From the IMG/VR virus record IMGVR_UViG_3300022937_000026, positions 1 to 58,136 of that record: a stretch of 58,136 bases of DNA. One strand, given 5' to 3'. This document shows, one piece after another, positions 57,727 to 58,136 of this stretch (position 1 is its first letter; every line of letters begins with the position of its first letter). This DNA comes from a virus (Duplodnaviria > Caudoviricetes). Made by a program: the position numbers and the translations under genes. Under the pieces are notes generated by a model. The model searched no databases and was not told the DNA's origin. It worked only from the letters and a program-made list of their open reading frames with translations.

Positions 57727-58136
57727 CTACACCGTTAATTAAGCCTGCACCGGCAACTGATATGGTGCCCAAAATCCGTGGTGATGTCGCACGGTAAGGA
57801 ATTCTCTGGGTAACGGCGGAGTGGCAACAGCACTATCCTTGACAGGACGACGATCGGATATGCCTACATAGAACCGGTTTGCTGTGTAATAATAAAGTAA
57901 TGAATAGGCTAAAAGAGTGGGTCATTCCCACAGGTTATGCTTGGAGATAGCATTTCAAGACATAACTGCCGTTGTACGTAAGATACTAAGACGGAATGAG
58001 TAGGTACCGGATAACCGCCTGCGCTAGGTTGTACAATATACAAAATATATTAGAATTTTGTGTAAAATATTGTAAATTATACAATCTTGTAGTTCTAATG
58101 CTATTGTGACTGTGCGAACTCAGATGATGTTCAAAA
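57727..58136 (+). ncRNA. Putative large structured non-coding RNA (unclassified; may continue beyond the window)
   Basis: No credible ORF; at least nine helices identified by eye, including nested multi-branch junctions, several containing G-U pairs on the + strand. Confidence 0.55.

Noticed and set aside
57190-57772. Alternative overlapping ORFs in the GC-rich resolvase region (57190-57438, 57544-57738, 57521-57772)
   Set aside because: They are short and have no motifs or SD. Higher local GC reduces stop-codon frequency and explains them.
57727-58136. Group I/II intron, tRNA, tmRNA or RNase P identity for the structured element
   Set aside because: I found no domain V-like stem, P7/R-S consensus, cloverleaf with a TTC loop, tmRNA ends or RNase P GAGGAAAGUCC motif, and no interrupted gene flanks it within the window.
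1-58136. Stop-codon reassignment (alternative genetic code)
   Set aside because: Standard-code ORFs tile the window densely, including a 13.8-kb ORF, and TAA, TAG and TGA all terminate convincing genes.

Overview
This is a gene-dense, AT-rich fragment of a large (probably jumbo) T4-related myovirus genome that uses the standard genetic code. It has four blocks. (1) 1-7535 (+): early/middle genes, including a WYL_2/SH3-like protein, a phosphoribosyltransferase, a HIT hydrolase, an AbrB-like protein, a QueE-like radical SAM enzyme, a T4 RNase H-like 5'-3' nuclease and several hypothetical proteins. (2) 7673-18529 (-): a tightly coupled sugar-modification operon with two SGNH-like proteins, about five glycosyltransferase-like proteins, a 2OG-Fe(II) oxygenase, RmlB and a radical SAM protein. 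(3) 18590-53157 (-): a tail fibre and baseplate module with four paralogous fibres, a 4588-aa giant virion protein and gp6-, gp25-, gp5-, gp27-, gp53- and gp48/54-like genes. (4) 53239-57722 (+): a gp55-like late sigma factor, gp47/gp46 (Mre11/Rad50) and a PD-(D/E)xK Holliday junction resolvase, followed by about 410 nt of non-coding, highly structured sequence that runs off the window end. The most notable observations are a GC-rich cluster of GNA-triloop hairpins inside the resolvase gene, the adjacent large structured RNA-like element, a candidate virion glycosylation system with a recurrent D-G-S-[S/T] motif in the giant protein, and a ~35-aa motif repeated at both termini of the baseplate hub protein. 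All product calls come from motif recognition by eye; no database searches were run.
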